Shown: in pieces, positions 55,268 through 62,781 of the stretch
Layout: the number at the start of each line of letters is the position of its first letter
Numbering within the stretch: position 1 is the stretch's first letter
From: Candidatus Hydrogenedentales bacterium
Lineage (GTDB): Bacteria > Hydrogenedentota > Hydrogenedentia > Hydrogenedentales > SLHB01
DNA length: 64,000 nt
Direction: 5' to 3'
NCBI GenBank assembly: GCA_041859045.1
Contig: JBHELB010000071.1
Span: 19,601-83,600 of the forward strand
Made by a program: the position numbers and the translations under genes
Notes under the pieces: generated by a model
Database searches by the model: none
Told to the model about the DNA's origin: nothing
Seen by the model: the letters and a program-made list of their open reading frames with translations, nothing else

Positions 55268-56725
55268 TCAGTCGTTTTCGGAGAAGGCCTCTGCGGCGAA
55301 TACCTGGAGCCGGGCGTCTTCGAGGTAATCGTCCTGCGCAAGTCCAGCCTTTCTGCAGAGATAGCGCATGGTCGTCTCGAGGTTCCAGCCCTGCTCCGTG
55401 GCGACCTGAGGCAGGAATACGGCTCGGTGGCCATGTTTTTCCAATAGGATGCCGTGTTTTCCCACAACGATATCCTGATACGAGGAAACCGGACGGGGCG
55501 GGGTCAGCGCGGAGATTTCAATGTCGATGTTAGGCACTTCGCTGGGTTCGACGGAGGAAAAACGAGAATCCCGGCGGGCGGCGTTGATCGCGTTGGTGAT
55601 GACCGATTCATACAGCGGCCGGGTCGGCTCGATTTCGCCGATGCACCCACGCAATTCGCCACGAACGCGAAGGGTTACAAAAGCCGCGCGGAGATTTCGC
55701 AACGCGGGCGTGAGCTTCTGGGCCGGCGGCTCGGGAAGCGGCGCGCCGGGATGGCGAGTGGCGCCTTCCAAAGCTTCTCGGGCCAGCGCCAGCAGGGTCT
55801 GCTTCTCGTCCGCGCTCAATTCGTTCTCCTCCGGCGGCGACGGAGCATCGATTTCGGAGTTTGGCCAAGAGCCGGTAAGCGCGAGCGCCAGATAGCTGAC
55901 CGAATTCTTGAATCCCCCGGTCATGCGGCCCGAGGTGTCGTAGGCGAGCATATGGGTTTCAAGGGCTTTGCCAGCCATCGCGAGGAGAACGCCGATGGCC
56001 GAGTGCCCGCAGATCGTCTGATCGACGTAATCGACGTATCGCTCAAACGCAATGGGTTCTTGGCGGCCTATCTCCGCCACCGCGCCCATGTCCAGCTTCT
56101 CGAGATTCTTCTCGATATGATCGTCAAACGGCACAAACCCGTAGTTCGGACCGTAGTGCGTGAAGTCGCTGCTCACTACGACGAGCGTTTCGTCGTCGAG
56201 CTGTTTGCGCAGGGCATCGGCGATTTCCTCGATCGCCTGCGCATCGAGCTGCCCCACGACGATCGGCACAAGCTGAAACTCCGGCAGCGCCACCTGCAGG
56301 AAAGGTAACTGGATCTGCACGCTGTGTTCGTCAATGACCGCACGGTGCGATACCGTAAAACAACGGTGCTTCAGCAACGCCTCGATAAACGGCAGGTCGA
56401 GCGGGGTTTCGCCGAGCGGCGTCCCGTAATGCGTGGCGTCGTCCAGTGCGGCCATATTTTCGAGCCGCACCCGGTGCGTCGGCCCAAGCACAATCACCCG
56501 GCGGTACGGGGCGTCGGCGATTTGCCGGTACGCGTGCCCGGCCACAGCGCCCGAGTAGACGTACCCCGCGTGGGGGACGATCAACGCGCGAACGCCCGGC
56601 AACAACGCGACCGACGACGATTCAGGGGTGAGCGCTTCATCCACCATCGCGCGCAGTTCGCGCGCCGAGGAAGGGTACCACCGTCCCGCCAGATCGTTTT
56701 CGCGGAGCACCTTTTGAATGGTCAT
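55268..56725 (-). CDS. Fusion protein: Memo-like (AmmeMemoRadiSam system protein B) N-domain + AMMECR1 (protein A) C-domain
   Basis: Start set at ATG 56725 (AAGGGGGG RBS). The Memo pattern is RWYPSSARELRAMVDE...ALIVPHAGYVYSG. The AMMECR1 pattern is AAFVTLRVRGELRGCIGEIEP...GKHGILLEKHGHRAVFLPQVATEQGW. Confidence 0.8.
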   Translation of the reverse strand: MTIQKVLRENDLAGRWYPSSARELRAMVDEALTPESSSVALLPGVRALIVPHAGYVYSGAVAGHAYRQIADAPYRRVIVLGPTHRVRLENMAALDDATHYGTPLGETPLDLPFIEALLKHRCFTVSHRAVIDEHSVQIQLPFLQVALPEFQLVPIVVGQLDAQAIEEIADALRKQLDDETLVVVSSDFTHYGPNYGFVPFDDHIEKNLEKLDMGAVAEIGRQEPIAFERYVDYVDQTICGHSAIGVLLAMAGKALETHMLAYDTSGRMTGGFKNSVSYLALALTGSWPNSEIDAPSPPEENELSADEKQTLLALAREALEGATRHPGAPLPEPPAQKLTPALRNLRAAFVTLRVRGELRGCIGEIEPTRPLYESVITNAINAARRDSRFSSVEPSEVPNIDIEISALTPPRPVSSYQDIVVGKHGILLEKHGHRAVFLPQVATEQGWNLETTMRYLCRKAGLAQDDYLEDARLQVFAAEAFSEND

Positions 56726-56831
56726 GACGCCCCCCTTCAGGTGTGCAACACGGTCTTTCGACGTTTTCGCACACCCAAGTTCATTCTGCGCCGATTTGGC
56801 GGGAAAGACAAGGGGTTCTTGGCGAAAAACG

Positions 56832-57509
56832 CTATTTCCGGGCGATGGATTCCGCCAGCGCAACAAACGCGTCCGTCGTCATGACGTGCGAGAAGCGGCT
56901 CTCGTGAATGCCCTTTTGGCGGCTCGACTCGCGCGCGTTGAACGTGGCGTCCTCGATGCAGAGCGTCTCGTAGCCCTCGCGCCGCGCGGAGGTGGCCGTT
57001 TTGCCCAGACACGCCTCGGTGTGCCCGCCGATGAAAACGATACGGTGGACACCCAGGTTGGCCAGCACGAACTTCAGATTGGAGGAAATGAAGGCGTCCT
57101 GAGCGGTTTTCGCGATGACGTACTCGCCGGGTTGGACGTTGAAGTGCGCCGGGGGACGCGAGCCGGGCTGGCTGATATGGCCGCCCCACTTCGAGTAGTC
57201 GGAGCCATGCGCCTCGATCATGGTCAGCCGGATAATCGGATCGAGGTCCATACCGTCCGCGAATTGGTGCCCCCAGTGGATGAAGATCATCGGCAGTCCC
57301 AGCGCGCGGCACGTCTCCACGACGCGGACCGAGTTTGGGCGCGCGACGTCCCAGCCGAAATCGCTGGCCGCGTTCACATCCGCCGCAGTGAAGCCCATTT
57401 CCTTCCACAACTCCGGCAATTTATCGTCCGTGGTGTGGCTGCCGCGTTCGCCCTCTTGAAAGTCCACCGACACAAACGCACACCGCGTGAAAAACGACGC
57501 ATCCAACAT
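56832..57509 (-). CDS. Isochorismatase-family cysteine hydrolase
   Basis: Start set at ATG 57509. CAFVSVDFQ (catalytic Asp context), and VFIGGHTEACLGKTATSARREGYETLCIEDA (catalytic Cys context). Confidence 0.75.
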   Translation of the reverse strand: MLDASFFTRCAFVSVDFQEGERGSHTTDDKLPELWKEMGFTAADVNAASDFGWDVARPNSVRVVETCRALGLPMIFIHWGHQFADGMDLDPIIRLTMIEAHGSDYSKWGGHISQPGSRPPAHFNVQPGEYVIAKTAQDAFISSNLKFVLANLGVHRIVFIGGHTEACLGKTATSARREGYETLCIEDATFNARESSRQKGIHESRFSHVMTTDAFVALAESIARK

Positions 57510-57656
57510 GATGATGGTGTTCCTTGCCTTCGCCTTCCGACACTTAAACCACGCCAAAAACGCGCGAAGTCTACCACAGCCCCGGGCGGAACCCAAGAGC
57601 CGGCTCTCTTTTTGGCAACGCCAAACCCCGGAACGGAGTGTCGGGACGCGAGGAAT

Positions 57657-57690
57657 CACCGCAGAGAACTCAGAGAAAAGAGAAAGAGCG
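57657..57690. repeat. Partial third copy of the CACAGAG-rich repeat arm
   Basis: caccgcagagaactcagagaaaagagaaagagcg shares its ends (CACCRCAGAG ... AGAGAAAGARCG) with the arms at 57782-57830 and 57897-57944. Confidence 0.5.
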
Positions 57691-57781
57691 CTCCGCGGAG
57701 TGCGCAGATGAGATTGTTTTTGCTCTTCCCTTTCCGAAGACCTTCAAATCGCCTCTTTCCCTTTTCGATCAAGAGAGATCT

Positions 57782-57944
57782 ACCACAGAGGCACAGAGGA
57801 CACAGAGAAGAGAGAGAAAGAACGATCGAAAATGTTCGAAAATCCGAAGTTTAAAATCTTCGTCTTCCGAACGCCATCCGAATTTCTTTTCCTCTCTTCG
57901 ATCTTCTTTCATCCTCTTCTCTGTGCCCTCTGTGCCTCTGTGGT
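57782..57944. repeat. Large inverted repeat (49/48-nt arms, 66-nt spacer), REP/MITE-like palindromic element
   Basis: The left arm is accacagaggcacagaggacacagagaagagagagaaagaacgatcgaa. The reverse complement of the right arm is accacagaggcacagagggcacagagaagaggatgaaagaagatcgaa (about 44 of 49 identical). Internal CACAGAGG units repeat three times. Confidence 0.85.
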
Positions 57945-58208
57945 GCATATTTATTTCACTATACTCTTCTTGATTCCATCCCTCAACACGGGACATTACG
58001 CCAACCGAGCGGGACATTGCGGAGGCCCTCGCGCGGGGCCTACCACCCGTGCCACCCATCAGGCGATCCCACAAATACGGGCCTTTGCTTGAGCAATAAG
58101 GGTTTGCGCAAGAAGCCTCGTTTTACCCGGCGATTGGGAGAAGAAGGCGTCGATTCCGGGAAACGGCTGTGCTACCCTGTTTGGGGTCGCCAAGGGGAGG
58201 GATTCGTC

Positions 58209-58898
58209 GTGGCGAAGAGACATATCCTGGTGGTGGACGATGAGGAGGATATCCTCGATCTGGTGTCGCATACCTTTAAGAAATTGGGGTATGCCGTTAC
58301 CGGCGCGGGCGATGGCAACGCGGCGCTGGAAAAGGCGCGGCGTCTGCGTCCGGACTTGGTGGTGCTTGATCTGATGTTGCCGGGGCGCGATGGACTCGAG
58401 GTGTGCGCGGCGTTGAAGGGCGCGGCGGAGACGCGCGACATCGCGATCGTGATGTTGACGGCGCGCGGCGGCGAGAAGGATGTGGTGCGCGGGCTGGAGC
58501 TGGGCGCGGACGACTACGTGACCAAACCGTTCAGCCCGGTGGTGCTTGCGGCGCGGGTTCAGGCGGTGTTGCGGCGCGCGGGGGAAGCGGAAGATGTCGG
58601 AGCGCCGGTGGAGGCGCATGGGATCGTGGTGGATCCGGGACGGCATGAAGCGTTTGTGAACGATGCGCCAGTGACCTTGACGCCGAGCGAGTTTCAGATA
58701 CTGTTGTTGCTGGCGCGGCGGCCGGGATGGGCGTTTACGCGCGGGCAGATCGTCGATGCGATCCGCGGCGAGGGCTACCCGATCACCGATCGCGCGGTGG
58801 ACGTGCAGATCGTGGGCCTGCGCAAGTGCCTAGGCGAATCGGGGAAACTGATCGAGACGGTGCGCGGGGTGGGCTACCGCATGAAGGGTGTCGATTGA
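58209..58898 (+). CDS. OmpR/PhoB-family response regulator (orphan, no adjacent kinase)
   Basis: Start set at GTG 58209 (GGGGAGGG RBS). ILVVDDEEDILDLV and DLVVLDLMLPGRDG receiver motifs. Winged-helix C-terminus LTPSEFQILLLLARRPGWAFTRGQIV...VRGVGYRM. Confidence 0.9.
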   Translation: MAKRHILVVDDEEDILDLVSHTFKKLGYAVTGAGDGNAALEKARRLRPDLVVLDLMLPGRDGLEVCAALKGAAETRDIAIVMLTARGGEKDVVRGLELGADDYVTKPFSPVVLAARVQAVLRRAGEAEDVGAPVEAHGIVVDPGRHEAFVNDAPVTLTPSEFQILLLLARRPGWAFTRGQIVDAIRGEGYPITDRAVDVQIVGLRKCLGESGKLIETVRGVGYRMKGVD

Positions 58899-58948
58899 CG
58901 CAACGGGATGCGCAGTCGCGCAACTTTGTTGGAGTCGCTTTTTGTGAT

Positions 58949-59032
58949 TGGTGGGCGAGGCGGGGGTCGAACCCGCAAGCCTTGCGGCAGCGGATTTTAA
59001 GTCCGCCGTGTATGCCATTCCACCACTCGCCC
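58949..59032 (-). tRNA. tRNA-Leu (anticodon UAA), CCA encoded
   Basis: Minus strand is GGGCGAGTGGTGGAATGGCATACACGGCGGACTTAAAATCCGCTGCCGCAAGGCTTGCGGGTTCGACCCCCGCCTCGCCCACCA. Acceptor GGGCGAG/CTCGCCC, anticodon stem GCGGA/TCCGC with loop CUUAAAA, long variable arm, T-arm GCGGG-TTCGACC-CCCGC. Confidence 0.9.
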
Positions 59033-59081
59033 GCGTGGACCGGCGCTCGCGTGCGCGCGACATTCGTGCGGAAAAAGAAAA

Positions 59082-59156
59082 TGGAGGCGGCACCCGGATT
59101 CGAACCGGGGAATAAAGGCTTTGCAGGCCTCTGCCTTACCACTTGGCTATGCCGCC
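59082..59156 (-). tRNA. tRNA-Cys (anticodon GCA), CCA encoded
   Basis: Minus strand is GGCGGCATAGCCAAGTGGTAAGGCAGAGGCCTGCAAAGCCTTTATTCCCCGGTTCGAATCCGGGTGCCGCCTCCA. Acceptor GGCGGCA/TGCCGCC, anticodon loop CUGCAAA, T-arm CCCGG-TTCGAAT-CCGGG. Confidence 0.9.
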
Positions 59157-59221
59157 TTGAGGCGTAAGTGTAGAGTATCCAACGGCGCGAAGTCAACGCG
59201 CGCAGCCTGGGCATTAATACC

Positions 59222-60394
59222 CTAGTTCCACGTCGACAACTCGGACACCTTTCCGTAGACGCCTATTGTGAATCGTTCCATTGCCTGAAAATCGGTGAGA
59301 ACCTCCAAGTGGCCTTCGAAGTCGCCTGCGGCAATTTGTCCCTCTGCAAGAGCAAGGCGTATGCGCCACGCGGTATCGGACACGCGCTCGGGAACGGCCT
59401 CGATAAACGGCAGCTTGCTTTCCACGCGGGTAATGGAAAAAGGCCGGCCATCGTCGCAAGAGACTTGTATCGAGCGCTCAAGGTCGGAGCTGTCGCGTAA
59501 CAAGCCCAGGAAAAGCCGCCGGGGAGTTATATCGAGCGGTTCGTCGATGGTTCCCAGAATACGAATCATGATGGTCGAATCCACCGGATCTCCGGTGTGC
59601 AGGCGCACGGCCTGCCAGAACTCTCCTGCGGGTGTTTTGTCCGAAAGCGTCACGTGAATGACATACCCGTCGCGCGGGTAGGCCGAATCGGACAGGGCAA
59701 AATCGAAATCACCGCTGGCCCTTTTTACCTCGGCCGCGAATGGGTTGCTCTCATGCCGTACTCGCTCGATGGAAGCTGATAGATATTCCGCAGTGGTTTC
59801 GACCTTCGGCTCGACTGCGCCCATGAAATCCGCTTTGGGGATATAATGAATGTCCTGCGTCGCGGACTTGGCAAGGGGTACCGCGTGGAAATCCACCTGC
59901 GCAGGGTAGTAGAAGTGATTCCGTTCGCGCGTTCCGCGCAGGGTAAGTTGCACAACCGAGGCCACCGGGTCGTTAGACTCCACCGCCACGCTGCGCTCGA
60001 TAATCCCCGTCTTCGCCTGTATCGCTATCGTCGCCAGCTCCAATCGGATGTCGATATGCCCCTCCTGTCCCGGTTGAAGTACGCGGTCGGAGACTTCCTC
60101 GACCACGCAACTGCACGTCTTCTTCACGTCATGAATCACGAGCGGCGCGCCGCCCGTGTTACGCATAACAAATCGATGTTCGAGCGTCGCCGTTCCCATG
60201 CCCACCTGTCCAAAATCGTAACTGGTATCCTCGAACGATATCTTAGGAGGCCCCCCAGAGATATGGGGCGACGCGGAGTCCTGGGCTTGGATTTGACCGC
60301 AACCCGAAGCAGCAAACACGAATACAATCGCCACTCCCCAGCAAGCAAGACGCGGCACCGTGGCGAGAAGAAGGGGGGGAAGACTACTCGCCAT
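59222..60394 (-). CDS. Secreted DUF1573-domain protein
   Basis: Signal/TM N-terminus. YDFGQVGMGTATLEHRFVMRNTGGAPLVIHDVKKTCSCV is the DUF1573 signature. Further Ig-like beta-rich modules follow. Confidence 0.7.
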   Translation of the reverse strand: MASSLPPLLLATVPRLACWGVAIVFVFAASGCGQIQAQDSASPHISGGPPKISFEDTSYDFGQVGMGTATLEHRFVMRNTGGAPLVIHDVKKTCSCVVEEVSDRVLQPGQEGHIDIRLELATIAIQAKTGIIERSVAVESNDPVASVVQLTLRGTRERNHFYYPAQVDFHAVPLAKSATQDIHYIPKADFMGAVEPKVETTAEYLSASIERVRHESNPFAAEVKRASGDFDFALSDSAYPRDGYVIHVTLSDKTPAGEFWQAVRLHTGDPVDSTIMIRILGTIDEPLDITPRRLFLGLLRDSSDLERSIQVSCDDGRPFSITRVESKLPFIEAVPERVSDTAWRIRLALAEGQIAAGDFEGHLEVLTDFQAMERFTIGVYGKVSELSTWN

Positions 60395-61442
60395 GTCCGG
60401 ACCTGCGCGAAGCGCGACGGCGCGCGAGGACCACGGCTAAGACCCCCACAAGCGCGACTACGCCGAGGGCGGCTGGAACGGCGCCGCGCCAGGAAAGCGC
60501 CGCGTCACGCTTCGGAAACTGAATCGGACGAGGGATGGTTGCGGCCTGCGCGGCCGACGCATTGGGCTCGGGCATTTTGTCCGGCGATGGCATGGATGGT
60601 GTCTGCGATAGCGGAGTCGAGAGTATATTCTCGACATCCTCTTTCTGCTTTTCCTCTAACCTCTTCTCTATATCGGCTCGGGTATATTCAACAGTTCGTC
60701 TCGCCAAATACTTAATCGCTGGATACCGTTTCAGTATATTGTCGAGAACAATCTTTTGCTCCTCTGGGGGCAAGGTTATGTCGAATAGCATTGCAAACAA
60801 TTCGACCGCAGCGTTCGACTGTGCACCATCAATGAATATGGCGCTTAGGGTATCTGTTTTTTTTGCCTTGGTTGGGCTGTACTTGAGCACCTGCGAAAAA
60901 TACTCCTCCGCAAGGGCTTTATCAGATGCTCTACGCGCGAGTATCCCCAGTCCAAGATAGCTTTCAAGGCGCATCCGATCGTTGTCGGGATAGGTCACAA
61001 AAATTTGTTCAAAATACCGCTTTGCCCGGTCCGGATAGACGTCTTTGCAGCGGTGCGCGACAGACAACATCACTTCCTCCATTCCGCGCTCATTAGGAGG
61101 ATACCGCTTCAGAATCGACTCATAGACCTCGATACACTTTTGGGTGTCCGCAGGCGTTCCATCGGGGCTCGCGGAGTTCCAGATGGCCGCTATTCGAAGT
61201 TCAAGTTCCACCGAGCTCGGGTAGCTCGGATATTTGTCGAGAACCTCTTGATAACGCGCAATACGGGCCTGCCTATTTTCAAGGGCAATTATTGTGGAAA
61301 GGTCCGACTCGGCTCTCGCTATCTCCCGTTTGTAGGCCTCTAGGCTTGCCGCATCGAAGGTTCCAGCGGGCGGAGCGCTATCCTCCGGCGGCGCCTCAAC
61401 AGCTCCCAGGACACCCAACACAATACAGAACATCGTCTTCAT
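60384..61442 (-). CDS. Secreted TPR-like helical-repeat protein with C-terminal TM anchor (unknown function)
   Basis: Start set at ATG 61442 (GGAGGGA RBS 9 nt upstream). Signal peptide MKTMFCIVLGVLGAVEA, helical repeats, Pro/Ser linker, then the C-terminal helix GAVPAALGVVALVGVLAVVLARRR. Low G+C. Confidence 0.55.
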   Translation of the reverse strand: MKTMFCIVLGVLGAVEAPPEDSAPPAGTFDAASLEAYKREIARAESDLSTIIALENRQARIARYQEVLDKYPSYPSSVELELRIAAIWNSASPDGTPADTQKCIEVYESILKRYPPNERGMEEVMLSVAHRCKDVYPDRAKRYFEQIFVTYPDNDRMRLESYLGLGILARRASDKALAEEYFSQVLKYSPTKAKKTDTLSAIFIDGAQSNAAVELFAMLFDITLPPEEQKIVLDNILKRYPAIKYLARRTVEYTRADIEKRLEEKQKEDVENILSTPLSQTPSMPSPDKMPEPNASAAQAATIPRPIQFPKRDAALSWRGAVPAALGVVALVGVLAVVLARRRASRRSGHGE

Positions 61443-61542
61443 CAACTCCACTCCCTCCGCGAGATTTTCCTTGCCCTGGTGAAAACGGCCCCATGCTTTC
61501 AGGGCCGCAGGCTCAATGTGCGCACTGCTGTTGGTGATGCCC

Positions 61543-62571
61543 TTACTGTTTCGTGACAGTTACCTTCGTCCTGTAAATATCATCTGCAATCTTAATATTA
61601 TTGAAAGTTCTTGTGATTGTAAACGAGCCTATAACTCTTGGCTCGTTGTCTTCATTGATCCCGCAAAAATACTGCTGATCACACACAACGACGCAAGGCT
61701 TATGTCCGGGTGGAAGTGCAGAAGTGGTATCATTTGTGTCATGTATGTCGTAAAACCGATTGCCTTGAGCCGGCATAGAGCAGCCATATCTTGTGGCCGC
61801 CCCGCAGCCAATGGTAAACGTTGACGAACCTTTACATAGACTTTCCAGGGAAGTGGGGAAAAGATCGTCCGCCGTACACGCCTTCTCGGGAGCGGCGATC
61901 AGCGTTACCTTTTCGCTAACCACGTAATCATTCCAGTTCGTTCCGTCCGGTCCTGCCTTCATGGTAGCGAACAGGCACCCAAAAGTTCCTGGCGGCGGAG
62001 TAGGCTCTGTGCCGCTACATTCCCCCACTTTCGTGACCTCAGTAGGACCATCATTAACCACATCGATCGTAATCGCTCGCCGCCATGCCGTCGGCGCACT
62101 TTGATCGTCGTTTCGACTTCCCGTCTCCGGCGCGGTTACTCCAGTCGCTCCTGAGGGCCAAGCGTCGTCGGCGAAGATGAAAATGGTCTCTTGCCTAGCG
62201 GTTTGCGGGGCAGTGTACTCCACCTTCGCGTTGCTTTCGAGCAGCTCCCCGTTTTGGGTCAGGTTTCCTGTACCATAATAGAGATAACGGACCATCGGGG
62301 TGTCTGGTTCCGGATTGTTTACGCAGCCACTTTTCTTGTTGTCAACGTCCTTGGTTCCTGTTTGCAGTTCAATAGTGGTGCCAATCTTTACCTTTATCGG
62401 AGAGCCCTCCGGGCTGCTGTAAAGCAACTCCGGGCGTGCCCCTATGTCCCACACTACTTCCGCCACAGCCGCGCGGGCGGGCAGCAGAAGGAAGCATAGG
62501 GCGAGAGGAAGGCTCACCACACAGCGCAAGAGTGTTCCAAGCTTTGCATAAAGCTGATCGAATCGCATCAT
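61543..62571 (-). CDS. Secreted Cys-rich protein of unknown function
   Basis: AAGGAGG RBS and signal peptide (LRCVVSLPLALCFLLLPARA). The C-terminal half has about 12 Cys (..CSGTEP..FGCLF..KACTADD..SLCKGSSTFTIGCGAATRYGCS..KPCVVVCDQQYFCG). This is the lowest G+C stretch in the window (one 60-nt line is 30%). Confidence 0.55.
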   Translation of the reverse strand: MMRFDQLYAKLGTLLRCVVSLPLALCFLLLPARAAVAEVVWDIGARPELLYSSPEGSPIKVKIGTTIELQTGTKDVDNKKSGCVNNPEPDTPMVRYLYYGTGNLTQNGELLESNAKVEYTAPQTARQETIFIFADDAWPSGATGVTAPETGSRNDDQSAPTAWRRAITIDVVNDGPTEVTKVGECSGTEPTPPPGTFGCLFATMKAGPDGTNWNDYVVSEKVTLIAAPEKACTADDLFPTSLESLCKGSSTFTIGCGAATRYGCSMPAQGNRFYDIHDTNDTTSALPPGHKPCVVVCDQQYFCGINEDNEPRVIGSFTITRTFNNIKIADDIYRTKVTVTKQ

Positions 62572-62633
62572 GTCCGTTCCTCCTTTACAGCACTATAGCG
62601 CTAAGGTTTGAAAGTACGTCTAGGACTACTAGT

Positions 62634-62662
62634 AGTATAATACACGCGGGTTGCCCTGTCCA
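62634..62662 (-). promoter_or_regulatory. Sigma70-type promoter for the secreted-protein operon
   Basis: Minus strand: TGGACA (62657-62662) - 17 nt - TATACT (62634-62639). Confidence 0.4.
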
Positions 62663-62688
62663 TATGTAATTGCCCTGCTTCAAGGACT

Positions 62689-62717
62689 TTGCAAATCTGC
62701 CGCCCCCCCCGTATCAT
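62689..62717 (+). promoter_or_regulatory. Sigma70-type promoter for the divergent plus-strand gene
   Basis: TTGCAA (62689-62694) - 17 nt - TATCAT (62712-62717), about 65 nt upstream of GTG 62782. Confidence 0.4.
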
Positions 62718-62781
62718 ACGGCTCTTTGTGCTACCGGAGGTGGCGTATGTTGTTCGTGAAAGCCAGCAAAGGGGGAGAGCC

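Noticed and set aside
57769-58092. Small ORFs over the palindromic repeat (101 aa, 111 aa, 86 aa; peptides such as LCVLCASVV and HHRGTEGTEK)
   Set aside because: They are translations of the two arms of an inverted repeat, mirror-image ORFs on both strands. They have no RBS and low-complexity composition.
62680-62710. Possible tRNA-Cys fragment (aaggactttgcaaatctgccgcc vs aaggctttgcaggcctctgcc of tRNA-Cys) as the far att site of the low-G+C islet
   Set aside because: Only about 20 of 26 positions match, with gaps. The islet lies on the 5' side of the tRNA, not the usual 3' side, and the string also forms a plausible promoter -35 region. Too weak to call without a proper alignment or statistics.
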